From Deltaproteobacteria bacterium (GTDB lineage Bacteria > Myxococcota_A > Polyangia > Polyangiales > Houyiibacteriaceae), in contig JAXMNT010000015.1 of NCBI GenBank assembly GCA_034670305.1, positions 64,001-128,000 of the forward strand: 64,000 nucleotides of DNA, given 5' to 3'. This document shows positions 41,189-50,700 of this stretch, piece by piece. The notes beneath the pieces were generated by a model. It was not told the DNA's origin, searched no databases, and was given only the letters and a program-made list of their open reading frames with translations. Each line of letters starts with the position of its first letter. Position 1 is the first letter of the stretch. The position numbers and the translations under genes are program-made.

Positions 41189-41982
41189 GACGAGAGCCCC
41201 GTTCGAAGCATGTACCCTACGAGGACCACGGACGTGCAGAGGAACCCGACGATGGTGCCGTAGGCCGCCCGCCGGCCACGCCAACCGGCCGCCATGCGCA
41301 GTCCGAGCACACCGGCGAAGAGCGTCCAGGCGATGAACGCGAACGCGTGCGACGCGGTGAAGCCGAGCATCGCTTGCTCGAGTCGAAACGCCCAGAACGC
41401 GCCGCTGAGAATGCCGAGGGTCAGGAGCGGAAAGCCGACCAGCACCGCGCGCAGTCCGAACCGGTCGAGGACGTCGAGCGCCGGCAGACGCTCGAAGAGC
41501 CCGCCGAGGTTCTTGCGGCGGAGCATGCGCTCCTGCAGCACGTAGGCGAGCGACGCACCGAACGCGAGCGCGAACGCGACCAACCCGAGCACGTTGACGA
41601 CGATGTGGATCGGCACGAGCAACGATTCGTTGGACGCGTGCTCGACACTGCGGCCGATCCCCGATCCCAAGAAGAAGAAGAGCGCGACCGGCACGAGGAA
41701 CGCGCCGAGCACCGAGATGTTCTCACGGCGCAGCTGGGCCAACAGAAATGCGAGGGCGATGCCCACCGACAGCCCCGTGAGCGTCTGGTGCATGCGGCCC
41801 ATCGGCGAGCCGAGCGAGACGTCCATGGACACGAACGCGACTTGCAGCGCGATCGCACCGAGCAGCGTCCAGCGGGCGAACCGGGTCGCGCGGTTGTTGC
41901 CCTTGATGAGCGAGGTCAAATAGAGACCGGCCGCGGCCGCATAAGCGAGCGCGGTGGCGGCGAAGAGTGCGGTGACCCACAC
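41185..41982 (-). CDS. ccsA: Cytochrome c assembly protein CcsA/HemX-like membrane protein
   Basis: 8 TM helices; LPALDVLD, GFPLLTLGILSGAFWA, GWRGRRAA; directly upstream of hemA. Confidence 0.82.
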   Translation of the reverse strand: MWVTALFAATALAYAAAAGLYLTSLIKGNNRATRFARWTLLGAIALQVAFVSMDVSLGSPMGRMHQTLTGLSVGIALAFLLAQLRRENISVLGAFLVPVALFFFLGSGIGRSVEHASNESLLVPIHIVVNVLGLVAFALAFGASLAYVLQERMLRRKNLGGLFERLPALDVLDRFGLRAVLVGFPLLTLGILSGAFWAFRLEQAMLGFTASHAFAFIAWTLFAGVLGLRMAAGWRGRRAAYGTIVGFLCTSVVLVGYMLRTGLSS

Positions 41983-41991
41983 GGCGCGTGC

Positions 41992-42366
41992 CTACCGTTG
42001 GCCCAGGAAGAACCGGGTGATGCGGCCGATCGCTTCGTTGCCTGCCACCTGGGTGGGTGGTTCACCGTCGAAGATCGGCTCGCCCAGAAAGCCCTCGACG
42101 ACCTGGTACGCGCTCTCGTCGAGAATGACGGAGTCCGCGCAGTGTTCCCCGCCGATTTCGGCGAGCTGGTCCAGGTCCTTCACCTTGCCGATCAACTCCG
42201 CTTCGTCTCCACCGCCCGCCACTTCTTCCAGAAAGTGCAGCGCGGTCTTGAGCTGAAAGCGCTGTCCGCCCGACAGGGTGAGGATCTCCCCATCCACAGA
42301 GACGTGCTCCTCGGTCATCCAGACGTCGAGGGTCTCTTGCGAGACGAAGAGTCGGTGGTCGGTCAT
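41992..42366 (-). CDS. Conserved hypothetical protein
   Basis: Compact ORF with typical codon bias in the trxA-ccsA-hemA run. Confidence 0.7.
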   Translation of the reverse strand: MTDHRLFVSQETLDVWMTEEHVSVDGEILTLSGGQRFQLKTALHFLEEVAGGGDEAELIGKVKDLDQLAEIGGEHCADSVILDESAYQVVEGFLGEPIFDGEPPTQVAGNEAIGRITRFFLGQR

Positions 42367-42475
42367 CGCGCGTTAAGGTAGCAGGGCTCTGCGGTCGGCG
42401 ACAGGAACCCGCGTGGCCCAGCCGCGCTTGCCCCACCGCGGTTCGGGCGGGGCAAGGGCATGGGCGACTGGGTCC

Positions 42476-42802
42476 CTAGAGGCCGCGGTCCATCAGCTCG
42501 GCGATCTTCGCCTTCGGGGCCGCACCGACGTGCTCCGCGATGACCTGGCCACCCTTGAAGACCTTGAGGGTCGGGACGCCACGGATGCCGTACTTCGCGG
42601 CGGTGCCCGGGCTCTCGTCGATGTCGACCTTCATGACCTTCATCTTGCCGGTGTACTCCTCGGCGAGCTGGTCGACGAAGGGCGCGATCTGCTTGCAGGG
42701 GCCACACCACGTGGCGGAGAAGTCGACGAGCACCGGGAGTTCCGATTCCACGACCTCCGAGTCGAAGTTGAGGTCGTTCACATCCTGTACGTGTCGGCTC
42801 AT
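42476..42802 (-). CDS. trxA: Thioredoxin
   Basis: PVLVDFSATWCGPCK, YGIRGVPTL. Confidence 0.97.
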   Translation of the reverse strand: MSRHVQDVNDLNFDSEVVESELPVLVDFSATWCGPCKQIAPFVDQLAEEYTGKMKVMKVDIDESPGTAAKYGIRGVPTLKVFKGGQVIAEHVGAAPKAKIAELMDRGL

Positions 42803-43001
42803 GTCCTGGTCTTTCCTCTGGGGCGGCGCACGGTGCGCCTTCGGGATTGGTAGAGACTCCGCTCCGCGCTGTCAACGCGACGGGGCAGCAGGTTGGACGT
42901 GTGTCAGGGCCCGACGTTACGTCACCCCGGTCCCAGTACCGCAGCGGCGCCCGAATCCAGTAGGATGCCGGCGGATGAGGATCGCAGGAAGGGCCCGTGG
43001 A

Positions 43002-46000
43002 ATGAATCGAATGATCGCGCGCAGCGCGTGGGTGTTGGTGTTGGGGACGGCGTGCGGCACGCCCACCACAGGAGGTGGCGGCACGACGGTCGCAGAGACC
43101 CCAGCTGGAGAAGCCCCGACCGGCGTCCTCATGGAACAGGACGGCGCGCTCGCTGCGGACGACATGCAGGTCGGCCAAGCGTTCTCGGACCACTACGAGC
43201 TCGCCGTGCGCGCGGGCGACTCCATCATCGTCGATCTGACCTCCAGCGCGTTCGACCCAGTGCTCGAAGTCACGCCGCCGGGACAGGGCGCACTCGTCAA
43301 CGACGACTTCGAAGGGGACCGGGCGCGGTCTCGGGTGAACACCGTCGTGTCGGCCGACGGAGTCCTGAAGATCCGCGTCACGAGCTACGGACAGGGTGCC
43401 ACCGGCGACTACCACATCCGGGTGGCGTCGGCGGACGTGCCGGTGACGACGAACGTCGCGGCAGCGCCCTCCACCCGCGCCGTCATCACGCCGGTCCTTT
43501 CGGCCGGCAGCCCGTTGCGGGGCGCGCTCGACGCAAGCGACCCCCGACAGGAGGACGGTCGCCCGTTCGAAGTCATCGTCGTGCACGTCGAAGCCGGCCG
43601 TGCCCAGACCCTCTCGATCGAAGGCGTCCCCGAAGCGCTCGTCGTCGACCCCCAGGGCCGGTACCTGCGGGTGACGGGCGGCACGGTGCAACTCGCGCAG
43701 ACGGGTACGTATCGGGTCCAGCTCGTCGGTGCTGCCGGCGAGTCCACCCCGTACGCGGTCTCGCTCGGCAACGCGGCTGCGCCTGCCGCCGAGACCCACA
43801 ACAACCCATCGCTGGCACGCGACCACCACCAGGCGCCAGCCGGCGGCAACTCGACCCCGATCCAGGTCGGCCAGCGCGTGACCGGCGCGATCGCCGCGAG
43901 CGACCCCTCGCTCCCGAGCGGCGAGTCGGCCGACGTGTACACCTTCACCGGGCAACCCGGACACGAGGTCTCGATCGAGATGGAGTCCACCGAGCTCGAC
44001 TCCTACGTGATGGTCTTCGGGCCGCAGGGTGAGATGTGGGAGAACGACGACTCGGGCGGTGGGCTCAACGCCAGCGTCACCGTACCGGTCCCCTCCCAAG
44101 GCACGTACCGCGTGGTCGCGACCACCTACCGCGCGGGCATGACCGGCGCCTACGAGCTGAAGGTCTTCGCAGCGAGCCGGCAAGCGTCGGTCGCGCCGCG
44201 CCGCCAACCCCACCCGACCCCGAGCGCCGCCACCCAAAGCGGCACCCTCGGAGAAGGCGATGGCCAGCTCCAAAGCGGTGAGTTCGTGGACCGCTTCGAC
44301 GTGCAGCTGCAAGCCGGACAGCGGCTGGAACTCGCGCTCTCCTCCACCGAGTTCGACACCTACCTCATCGTGCGCGGACCCGACGGAACCCAGCAACAGA
44401 ACGACGACATCCAGAGCGGCAACACCAACTCCGCCTTGAGCTACGCGGTGCAACAGAGCGGCCTGCACCAGGTGCTGGTGACGAGCTACCGGCCGGGCGA
44501 GACGGGCGCGTACACGCTGCAAGCGACGGGCGCCGCGCTCGTCGCCGCTGGCGCACCCGCGGCGAACCCGGCGAACCCGGGCACGAACCCCGGCACGAAC
44601 CCGCCCGCCGCCACGCCCGGGCTCGATCGCCGCACGGGCGCGCTCGCGCAAGGCGACAGCCAGCTCGACAGCGGTGAGTTCTCGGACCGCCACGAGATCA
44701 CGTTGCCGCCGCACGCGAGCGTCCGCATCCAGTTGCAAAGCCGCGAGTTCGACACCTACCTCATCGTGCGGGATCCGTCCGGGCACGCGCAGGACAACGA
44801 CGACGTCACCCCCGGCAACACGGACTCGGCCCTCGATGTCCGGACCACCGCCGGCGGCGCGTACACGGTGGTCGTCACGAGCTACCGGCCGGGCGAGACC
44901 GGCAACTACGAGCTCTTGGTCCAGGGCGGCGGCGCACCAGCGGTCGCACCCACTCCGACCCCGACACCGCGCCCGGGCACCCGCCCGCCGGCCGTCGCGG
45001 CCGGCACCATCCGCGGTGCGCTCGCACGCGGCGACGGGACACTGCCGAACGGCGAGTTCGTGGACGAGCACACGATCCGACTGACCCAAGGACAGCCTGC
45101 CCAGGTCCGCGTGGAGAGCGACAACTTCGACACGTACCTCATCGTGCGCACACCGAGCGGCCGGCAGCTCGAGAACGACGACATCGCACCTGGCGTCCTG
45201 CACAGCGGTGTCGACATTCCGAGCGCCGAAGCCGGCGAGTACACGGTGCTGGTGACCAGCTACCGCGCCGGCGAGACCGGACGCTACACACTGCGCTCGG
45301 GCCAGAACCTCGGACCGGCCGTGCAAGCGGCGCCCTCCCCCGGCGGCACGCCGACCGGCGGCGGCGGCAACTTCTACGGCATCTTCACTGGCATCAGCGA
45401 CTACCCGGGCAACGGCAACGACCTGCCCGAATGCGCGAACGACGCGATCAAACTCGCGGAGTCGCTGCGCGAGAGCGGACTGATGCCCGCCGCCAACCAG
45501 ATCGTGCTGACCGATGCCCAAGTCACCGTCGCGGGTGTGCAACAAGCATTCGAGCGCATGGGCCAGCAGGTCCAGCCCAACGACACCTTCATGTTCTTCT
45601 ACAGCGGCCACGGCAGCCAACGCGGCCAGTCGCAGGACGAACGCGAGCTCGACGGCATCGACGAGACGGTCGTGTTCTACGACGGCCAGGTCGTCGACGA
45701 CACGATGGGCGAGTGGTTCAACGCCATCCAGGGCCTTGGCGTGCTCGCGCTCGACGCATGTTTCAGCGGTGGCTTCGCGAAGGACGTCATCACCCAGCCC
45801 GGCCGCATGGGGCTGTTCTCGAGCGAAGAAGACGTGCTCTCGAGCGTGGCTGGCCAGTTCCAGGCCGGCGGCTACCTCAGCCACTTCTTGCGGACGGGCA
45901 TCTCGGGCGAAGCGGACAACGCGCCGCACGACCGAGTGCTCACCGCAGGCGAGCTGAGCCACTACCTGTTCAACCAGTTCGGCACCCACGTGCGCGACGT

Positions 46001-46085
46001 GCAGCTCAATGGCGCGTGGCAGCACCTGGTGGTCGACCGCGGCGCGGTGCGCAGCGACATGACGCTTCTCTCCTACGCCCGCTGA
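43002..46085 (+). CDS. Lipoprotein with about six PPC (pre-peptidase C-terminal) repeats and a C-terminal caspase-like (C14) peptidase domain
   Basis: Lipobox LGTAC; repeats FDTYLIV..P.G....NDD...VTSY..GETG.Y.L; catalytic FFYSGHG and LDACFSGG. Confidence 0.9.
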   Translation: MNRMIARSAWVLVLGTACGTPTTGGGGTTVAETPAGEAPTGVLMEQDGALAADDMQVGQAFSDHYELAVRAGDSIIVDLTSSAFDPVLEVTPPGQGALVNDDFEGDRARSRVNTVVSADGVLKIRVTSYGQGATGDYHIRVASADVPVTTNVAAAPSTRAVITPVLSAGSPLRGALDASDPRQEDGRPFEVIVVHVEAGRAQTLSIEGVPEALVVDPQGRYLRVTGGTVQLAQTGTYRVQLVGAAGESTPYAVSLGNAAAPAAETHNNPSLARDHHQAPAGGNSTPIQVGQRVTGAIAASDPSLPSGESADVYTFTGQPGHEVSIEMESTELDSYVMVFGPQGEMWENDDSGGGLNASVTVPVPSQGTYRVVATTYRAGMTGAYELKVFAASRQASVAPRRQPHPTPSAATQSGTLGEGDGQLQSGEFVDRFDVQLQAGQRLELALSSTEFDTYLIVRGPDGTQQQNDDIQSGNTNSALSYAVQQSGLHQVLVTSYRPGETGAYTLQATGAALVAAGAPAANPANPGTNPGTNPPAATPGLDRRTGALAQGDSQLDSGEFSDRHEITLPPHASVRIQLQSREFDTYLIVRDPSGHAQDNDDVTPGNTDSALDVRTTAGGAYTVVVTSYRPGETGNYELLVQGGGAPAVAPTPTPTPRPGTRPPAVAAGTIRGALARGDGTLPNGEFVDEHTIRLTQGQPAQVRVESDNFDTYLIVRTPSGRQLENDDIAPGVLHSGVDIPSAEAGEYTVLVTSYRAGETGRYTLRSGQNLGPAVQAAPSPGGTPTGGGGNFYGIFTGISDYPGNGNDLPECANDAIKLAESLRESGLMPAANQIVLTDAQVTVAGVQQAFERMGQQVQPNDTFMFFYSGHGSQRGQSQDERELDGIDETVVFYDGQVVDDTMGEWFNAIQGLGVLALDACFSGGFAKDVITQPGRMGLFSSEEDVLSSVAGQFQAGGYLSHFLRTGISGEADNAPHDRVLTAGELSHYLFNQFGTHVRDVQLNGAWQHLVVDRGAVRSDMTLLSYAR

Positions 46086-46110
46086 CACCGGCCTCAGGGC
46101 CCATGAGAAG

Positions 46111-46146
46111 AACGCGCGCTCCACTCTCGGAGCGCGCGTTTCTTTT
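46111..46146 (+). terminator. Rho-independent terminator
   Basis: AACGCGCGCTCC-loop-GGAGCGCGCGTT followed by TCTTTT. Confidence 0.85.
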
Positions 46147-46174
46147 GTCCGTCGCACGGAGGTATCTTGCCTCC

Positions 46175-46402
46175 ATGGGACGGATGGCAGGTGTGATCGC
46201 GCTGTTGTTCGCTGCGTGCGGAAACGTTCACACCCCCGTGGGTGGCGACGGTGGAGGCCACTGCACGGAGGATGCGCCATGCGACGACGGCCTGTACTGC
46301 AACGGTCGCGAACAATGCGACATGGGTGTGTGCGCGTCAGGAGCCGCTCCATGCCGCGCCGAACGCTGTGACGAGGCCAGCGACACATGCAGTCCCCTCT
46401 GA
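46175..46402 (+). CDS. Small Cys-rich lipoprotein
   Basis: Lipobox LFAAC; CDDGLYCNGREQC module also present at the N-terminus of 30991-33513. Confidence 0.7.
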   Translation: MGRMAGVIALLFAACGNVHTPVGGDGGGHCTEDAPCDDGLYCNGREQCDMGVCASGAAPCRAERCDEASDTCSPL

Positions 46403-46424
46403 CCCTGGTTGACCAGCCGCGACC

Positions 46425-46799
46425 TCAGTTGGCCGATAGGATCCGGTGCACGCCTTGGGTGCTGTGGTTCAAGAGCGCGTCGCGCGCGACGTTCCCACCG
46501 AGCGCGACCAAGAACAGATCTTGTCCGTGCAGGTGGATCGGGCGGACCGCGACCTCGCCTCCGCGCAAGAGCGGGGGCAGCGGCATGCCGAGCGGGGCGC
46601 GCGCCATGAGCGGTCCGATCGCCGCGAGCTCTTCGCACACGCCCGACTCGCCCGCGCTCGACACCAGGATCCCGCCGTCGTCGGCGAGCACCAGCGCTTC
46701 CAGCCGACCCCGATCCCGGGCGGCCTCGAGCTGATAGCGGAGCGCTTCGTGCCGGGCGCTGCTGCGTCTGCCGCGGCGTTCTTCTCGTAGCCAGTTCAT
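46425..46799 (-). CDS. Roadblock/LC7-like (MglB-like) protein
   Basis: LEALVLADDGGILVSSAG...EELAA pattern. Confidence 0.6.
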   Translation of the reverse strand: MNWLREERRGRRSSARHEALRYQLEAARDRGRLEALVLADDGGILVSSAGESGVCEELAAIGPLMARAPLGMPLPPLLRGGEVAVRPIHLHGQDLFLVALGGNVARDALLNHSTQGVHRILSAN

Positions 46800-46882
46800 C
46801 TGTTCGCGTCTCCGATTCGGCCCAGACCATGGGGTAAGGACATGTGGTTCTATGTAGGACAACAGCCTACCAACCCCCCTGT

Positions 46883-46966
46883 CCGGATCTCCAGAAACCG
46901 ACCGGATCTCCAGAAACCGACTGGACCGACTGGATCTCCAGAACCGACCGGATCTCCAGAACCGAC
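46883..46966. repeat. Tandem 18-19-nt repeats C(C/T)GGATCTCCAGAA(A)CCGA, four full units plus a half unit
   Basis: Direct reading; lies in the divergent intergenic region. Confidence 0.9.
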
Positions 46967-47147
46967 GCAGCGCAGCGAGGTGGGGCGCAGCCCAAAGGAA
47001 ACGGACATCTCTCGCTTCCCGACCACGCCCACTGAACCAAGACCCTGTGACATGGACCCCACCGCGCTGGCCGAGCATCCAGTGGAAGCCCGCGCACCCG
47101 ATCCGGCGAGTGACAGGGACGGCTCCCTGCGCTATGCGGGCCACCGC

Positions 47148-48290
47148 ATGTCGCTCTCCGAGGTCCTTTCATCCCATCGTGTCGTCGTCGCGGTGGGAAG
47201 CGGAGGGGTGGGCAAGACCACCACCGCCGCCGCCCTCGCGATGTACGCCGCGATGCAGGGCAAGAAGGTCCTCTGCCTGACCATCGATCCGGCCCGGCGA
47301 CTCGCCAACAGCCTCGGACTCGACGCGATGACCGAGGACGAACAAGAGGTCTCCGCAGAGATCTTCGCGAAGCATGGCCTCGAGCTGAAGGGCTCGCTCT
47401 CGGCGATGATGCTCGATACCAAACGCACCTTCGACGATCTGGTGACCGAACACGCCTCGAGCGAAGAAGTGCGCGACCGGATCCTGCAGAACCGGATCTA
47501 CAAGTACGTCGCAGGCAGCCTGGCTGGCACCCAAGAGTACATGGCGATGGAGAAGCTCCACTCGGTCCGCAAGGACGCCGACTGGGATCTCATCGTGCTC
47601 GACACGCCGCCCACTTCCAACGCGCTCGATTTCTTGGACGCGCCCGAGCGGCTGGTCGCGGCGATCGACTCGCCCGCGATCCGCTGGTTCGTCCAGGCCT
47701 TCGAAGGCGCCGGCAAGTTCTCGTTCTCGATGATCGGCAAAGGCGCGGCGTTTCTCTTGCGCGGCTTGAGCAAGTTCACCGGCGCTGGGTTCCTCGAGCA
47801 GGTTGCCGAGTTCGTGACCGGCATCAACGATCTCTTTGGCGGGTTCCGCAAGCGCGCGGCGGAGGTCTCGGGCGCGCTGCGAAGCCCCGAGGTCGCCTTC
47901 GTCGTCGTGACGAGCCCGGCCCCGCTCGCGATCCGTGAAGCGATGTACTTCAGCGACCGCCTGGCGGAAGCCGGCATGCAACGCGACGGAATCGTGGTGA
48001 ACGGCGTGCACCACCTGCTGTCCGAACCGTCCGAGTCGACCGCGGTATTGACCGAAGCGCTCTCTGCCGCGGCACCCAGCCTCGACGCGCCCAAGACCCT
48101 TGAGCTCCTGCGCCGTGCGCTCGAAGACGAGCGGCTTCAGGGGGTCGCGGACCGGATCGAAGTCGAACGTCTGAAGAGCCGGGTCGGCGACGACGTGTTG
48201 CTCGTCGAAGTGCCCGAACTCGAGCGCGACGTGCACGACCTCGGCATGCTCGCGATCATCGCGAAGCACCTGATGGCCGAGACCGCCTGA
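47148..48290 (+). CDS. ArsA/GET3-family ATPase
   Basis: GSGGVGKTT, LTIDPARRLA, LDTPPT, VVNG. Confidence 0.92.
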   Translation: MSLSEVLSSHRVVVAVGSGGVGKTTTAAALAMYAAMQGKKVLCLTIDPARRLANSLGLDAMTEDEQEVSAEIFAKHGLELKGSLSAMMLDTKRTFDDLVTEHASSEEVRDRILQNRIYKYVAGSLAGTQEYMAMEKLHSVRKDADWDLIVLDTPPTSNALDFLDAPERLVAAIDSPAIRWFVQAFEGAGKFSFSMIGKGAAFLLRGLSKFTGAGFLEQVAEFVTGINDLFGGFRKRAAEVSGALRSPEVAFVVVTSPAPLAIREAMYFSDRLAEAGMQRDGIVVNGVHHLLSEPSESTAVLTEALSAAAPSLDAPKTLELLRRALEDERLQGVADRIEVERLKSRVGDDVLLVEVPELERDVHDLGMLAIIAKHLMAETA

Positions 48291-48335
48291 GCCGGTTCGC
48301 TCGACCGGGCGCCGCGCCGGTGTAGGCTCCGGCGC

Positions 48336-49748
48336 ATGTCGACGAAGTCCCGTTTCGTGGGTGTCGTGCTCGCCGCTGGCGAGGGCACCCGAATGAAGAG
48401 CAGCCGGCCCAAGGTCCTGCACGAGATCGCGGGCCGGCCGATGGTGGCGTGGGTCGTCGGGGCGGCGCTCGATGCCGGCGCGGAGCGGTGTGTGGTCGTC
48501 GTCGGCCACAAACGCGACGAAGTCATGGCTGCGCTGACCGAACGGTTCGGGGAGCGGGTGCAGTTCGCGGTTCAGGAAGAGCAGCGCGGCACCGGGCACG
48601 CCGTCCAGCATGCGATGTCGCAGTGCCTCTCCGACTACGACGGGAGCGTGCTGATCCTCTACGGCGACTGTCCGTGTCTGCGCGCGGACCGGCTGCAGGA
48701 GCTCGCCGCGCTGACCGCCAACCACACCTTTGCGCTTGTGACCTCGCACCTGGACGAGCCGCGCGGGTACGGACGCATCTTGCGGACCGCCGGCGCGGTG
48801 GTGGGCATTCGCGAGGACAAGGACTGCGACGCGGCCCAGCGTGCGATTCAAGAGGTGAACCCCGGTCTCTACGCGGCCGACGCCGCGTTTCTTCGCACGA
48901 GCCTCGGGCAGCTCACCACCGACAACGCCCAGGGCGAACTCTACCTGACCGACGTATGCGCGATCGCCGCGCAGGCCGGCGTGGTCGGCGACCTGCACGC
49001 GCCGATGGAAGAGCTGCGCGGCGTCAACGACCGCTGGGAACTCTCGCTCTGCGCCAAGACGCTGCGCGCGCGAAGCCTCGAGGCGCTCGCGCGCAGCGGC
49101 GTGGGCATGGCCGATCCTTCGGCCGTCTACATCGACGCCGACTGCGAGGTCGAACCGGACGTCACGATCGCACCCGGCGTGCACCTGCGCGGGCGCTGTG
49201 TGATCCGGCGCGGCGCGGTGCTCGAGGTGGGGTGCGTGCTCACGGACGTCGTCGTGGAGTCCGGCGCGACGCTGCTGCCGTACACGGTCGCGTCGGACAG
49301 CACCATCGGCCCGTTGGCGAACGTCGGTCCGTTCAGCCACCTGCGGCCGAAAACGGTGCTGCACGAGGGGGCCAAGGTCGGCAACTTCTGCGAGACGAAG
49401 AAGACGATCGTGGGCAAAGGCTCGAAGGTGAACCACCTCTCCTACGTCGGCGACGGAGTGCTCGGCGAAGGCGTGAACATCGGCGCCGGCACCATCTTCT
49501 GCAACTACGACGGAGTCCAAAAACACACGACCACACTCAAAGACGGAGTGTTCATCGGCAGCGACAGCCAACTCGTCGCGCCACTCACCATCGGCGAAGG
49601 CGCCTACGTCGCGAGCGGATCGACCGTGACCAAAGACGTGCCCGCCGACGCGCTCGCGATGAGCCGCACCAAACAGGTCAACAAAGAAGGCTACGCGAGC
49701 CGGCTGCGCGCACGCATGAAGGTCGCGAAGAAGAGCCCTACCAAGTGA
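48336..49748 (+). CDS. glmU: Bifunctional UDP-GlcNAc pyrophosphorylase / GlcN-1-P acetyltransferase
   Basis: LAAGEGTRMKS, GTGHAV, NAQGELYLTD, hexapeptide repeats, CNYDG, FIGSDS. Confidence 0.98.
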   Translation: MSTKSRFVGVVLAAGEGTRMKSSRPKVLHEIAGRPMVAWVVGAALDAGAERCVVVVGHKRDEVMAALTERFGERVQFAVQEEQRGTGHAVQHAMSQCLSDYDGSVLILYGDCPCLRADRLQELAALTANHTFALVTSHLDEPRGYGRILRTAGAVVGIREDKDCDAAQRAIQEVNPGLYAADAAFLRTSLGQLTTDNAQGELYLTDVCAIAAQAGVVGDLHAPMEELRGVNDRWELSLCAKTLRARSLEALARSGVGMADPSAVYIDADCEVEPDVTIAPGVHLRGRCVIRRGAVLEVGCVLTDVVVESGATLLPYTVASDSTIGPLANVGPFSHLRPKTVLHEGAKVGNFCETKKTIVGKGSKVNHLSYVGDGVLGEGVNIGAGTIFCNYDGVQKHTTTLKDGVFIGSDSQLVAPLTIGEGAYVASGSTVTKDVPADALAMSRTKQVNKEGYASRLRARMKVAKKSPTK

Positions 49749-50577
49749 CTCGGAGTCCGGTCCCGGTGGACCGGACCACGGGTCCCTCGGGTGCTGGGGG
49801 CGCAGGCGATGCGTCTGCCGGCGGCTCGGTGCTCGGCACGACCTGATCGGCCGGCGCGCCCTCCCCAGTCGACGAAGCCGGTCTCGCCTCGGACTGCGAG
49901 TTCGCTTCCGGCGCCACGTACAGGTCGTTGGCCATGCCAGCGCCACACGCCATCTGACGGATCACATCCCAGTCCCAGCGCGCCTGCTGCGGCAACGTCC
50001 AGATCCGGAACTCGCTGAGCAGGATGCCGCCGAGCGCGAGCTGCAAGACCTGCGGTGGATCCTTGAAGCGCACCGAGAAGTACGGCGTCCAGAAACTCGT
50101 CCAGAGCAGCGGAGTCACGTTTGCCATGAACCCGCGCCCAAGCGTCTGCCGGCCGGCCGCACGCTCGAGCAATCGGAGTCCGTAGCGGAGCTTCTCACGG
50201 CGGTCTTCTGGAGTGGCGGCCGGGTGTCGCCGAAACCGCTGCGGCGCAAACGCGGCCTCCTGCGGGATCAGCGTCACCTGGAGGAAGGACAGCCAAGCGC
50301 CCACCGTGCCGGTGACTGCGGGGAACCGCGACGGCACATCGTCGGCGGTGACCGCCAGCACCGTCTGGTACGCAGCGATCGCGCCCCACAACACCATCTG
50401 TCCGTACCACCACAACCGGGCGCGGGTCTTGCCGGCCTGGAAACGATTGTCGAGCCAGCGGTTCTGCGCCTCGACCTCCGCGTCGCTGAGCGTGTCGATG
50501 CACTCCGAAGGATGCTGCGCCGAGACCGATGCGGCCGTCGCGCTGCAGAGTACGAACACCAACGTCCATCGAGCCAT
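49738..50577 (-). CDS. Hypothetical secreted/membrane protein
   Basis: Signal peptide and hydrophobic segments; C-terminal TGLRVTW; start uncertain. Confidence 0.65.
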   Translation of the reverse strand: MARWTLVFVLCSATAASVSAQHPSECIDTLSDAEVEAQNRWLDNRFQAGKTRARLWWYGQMVLWGAIAAYQTVLAVTADDVPSRFPAVTGTVGAWLSFLQVTLIPQEAAFAPQRFRRHPAATPEDRREKLRYGLRLLERAAGRQTLGRGFMANVTPLLWTSFWTPYFSVRFKDPPQVLQLALGGILLSEFRIWTLPQQARWDWDVIRQMACGAGMANDLYVAPEANSQSEARPASSTGEGAPADQVVPSTEPPADASPAPPAPEGPVVRSTGTGLRVTW

Positions 50578-50700
50578 CGTGGTCGTCCCACGCGGTGCCA
50601 TCTTGGAAGACACCATGCTCGCTGGAGTCACGGCCGTTCGGGTCGAGCGCACGCCGAGACCATACCCGGTGGGCCGCTGGCTCGGGGACCGAAACCGAAC

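Noticed and set aside
42363-46388. 1341-aa minus-strand ORF and other long antisense ORFs (e.g. 1652-3517, 12623-15106, 28296-30782, 47169-49946, 50224-52641)
   Set aside because: Shadow ORFs opposite well-supported genes, expected at this GC content; no recognisable motifs.
46883-46966. Possible mini-CRISPR
   Set aside because: Units are contiguous, 18-19 nt long and have no spacers.
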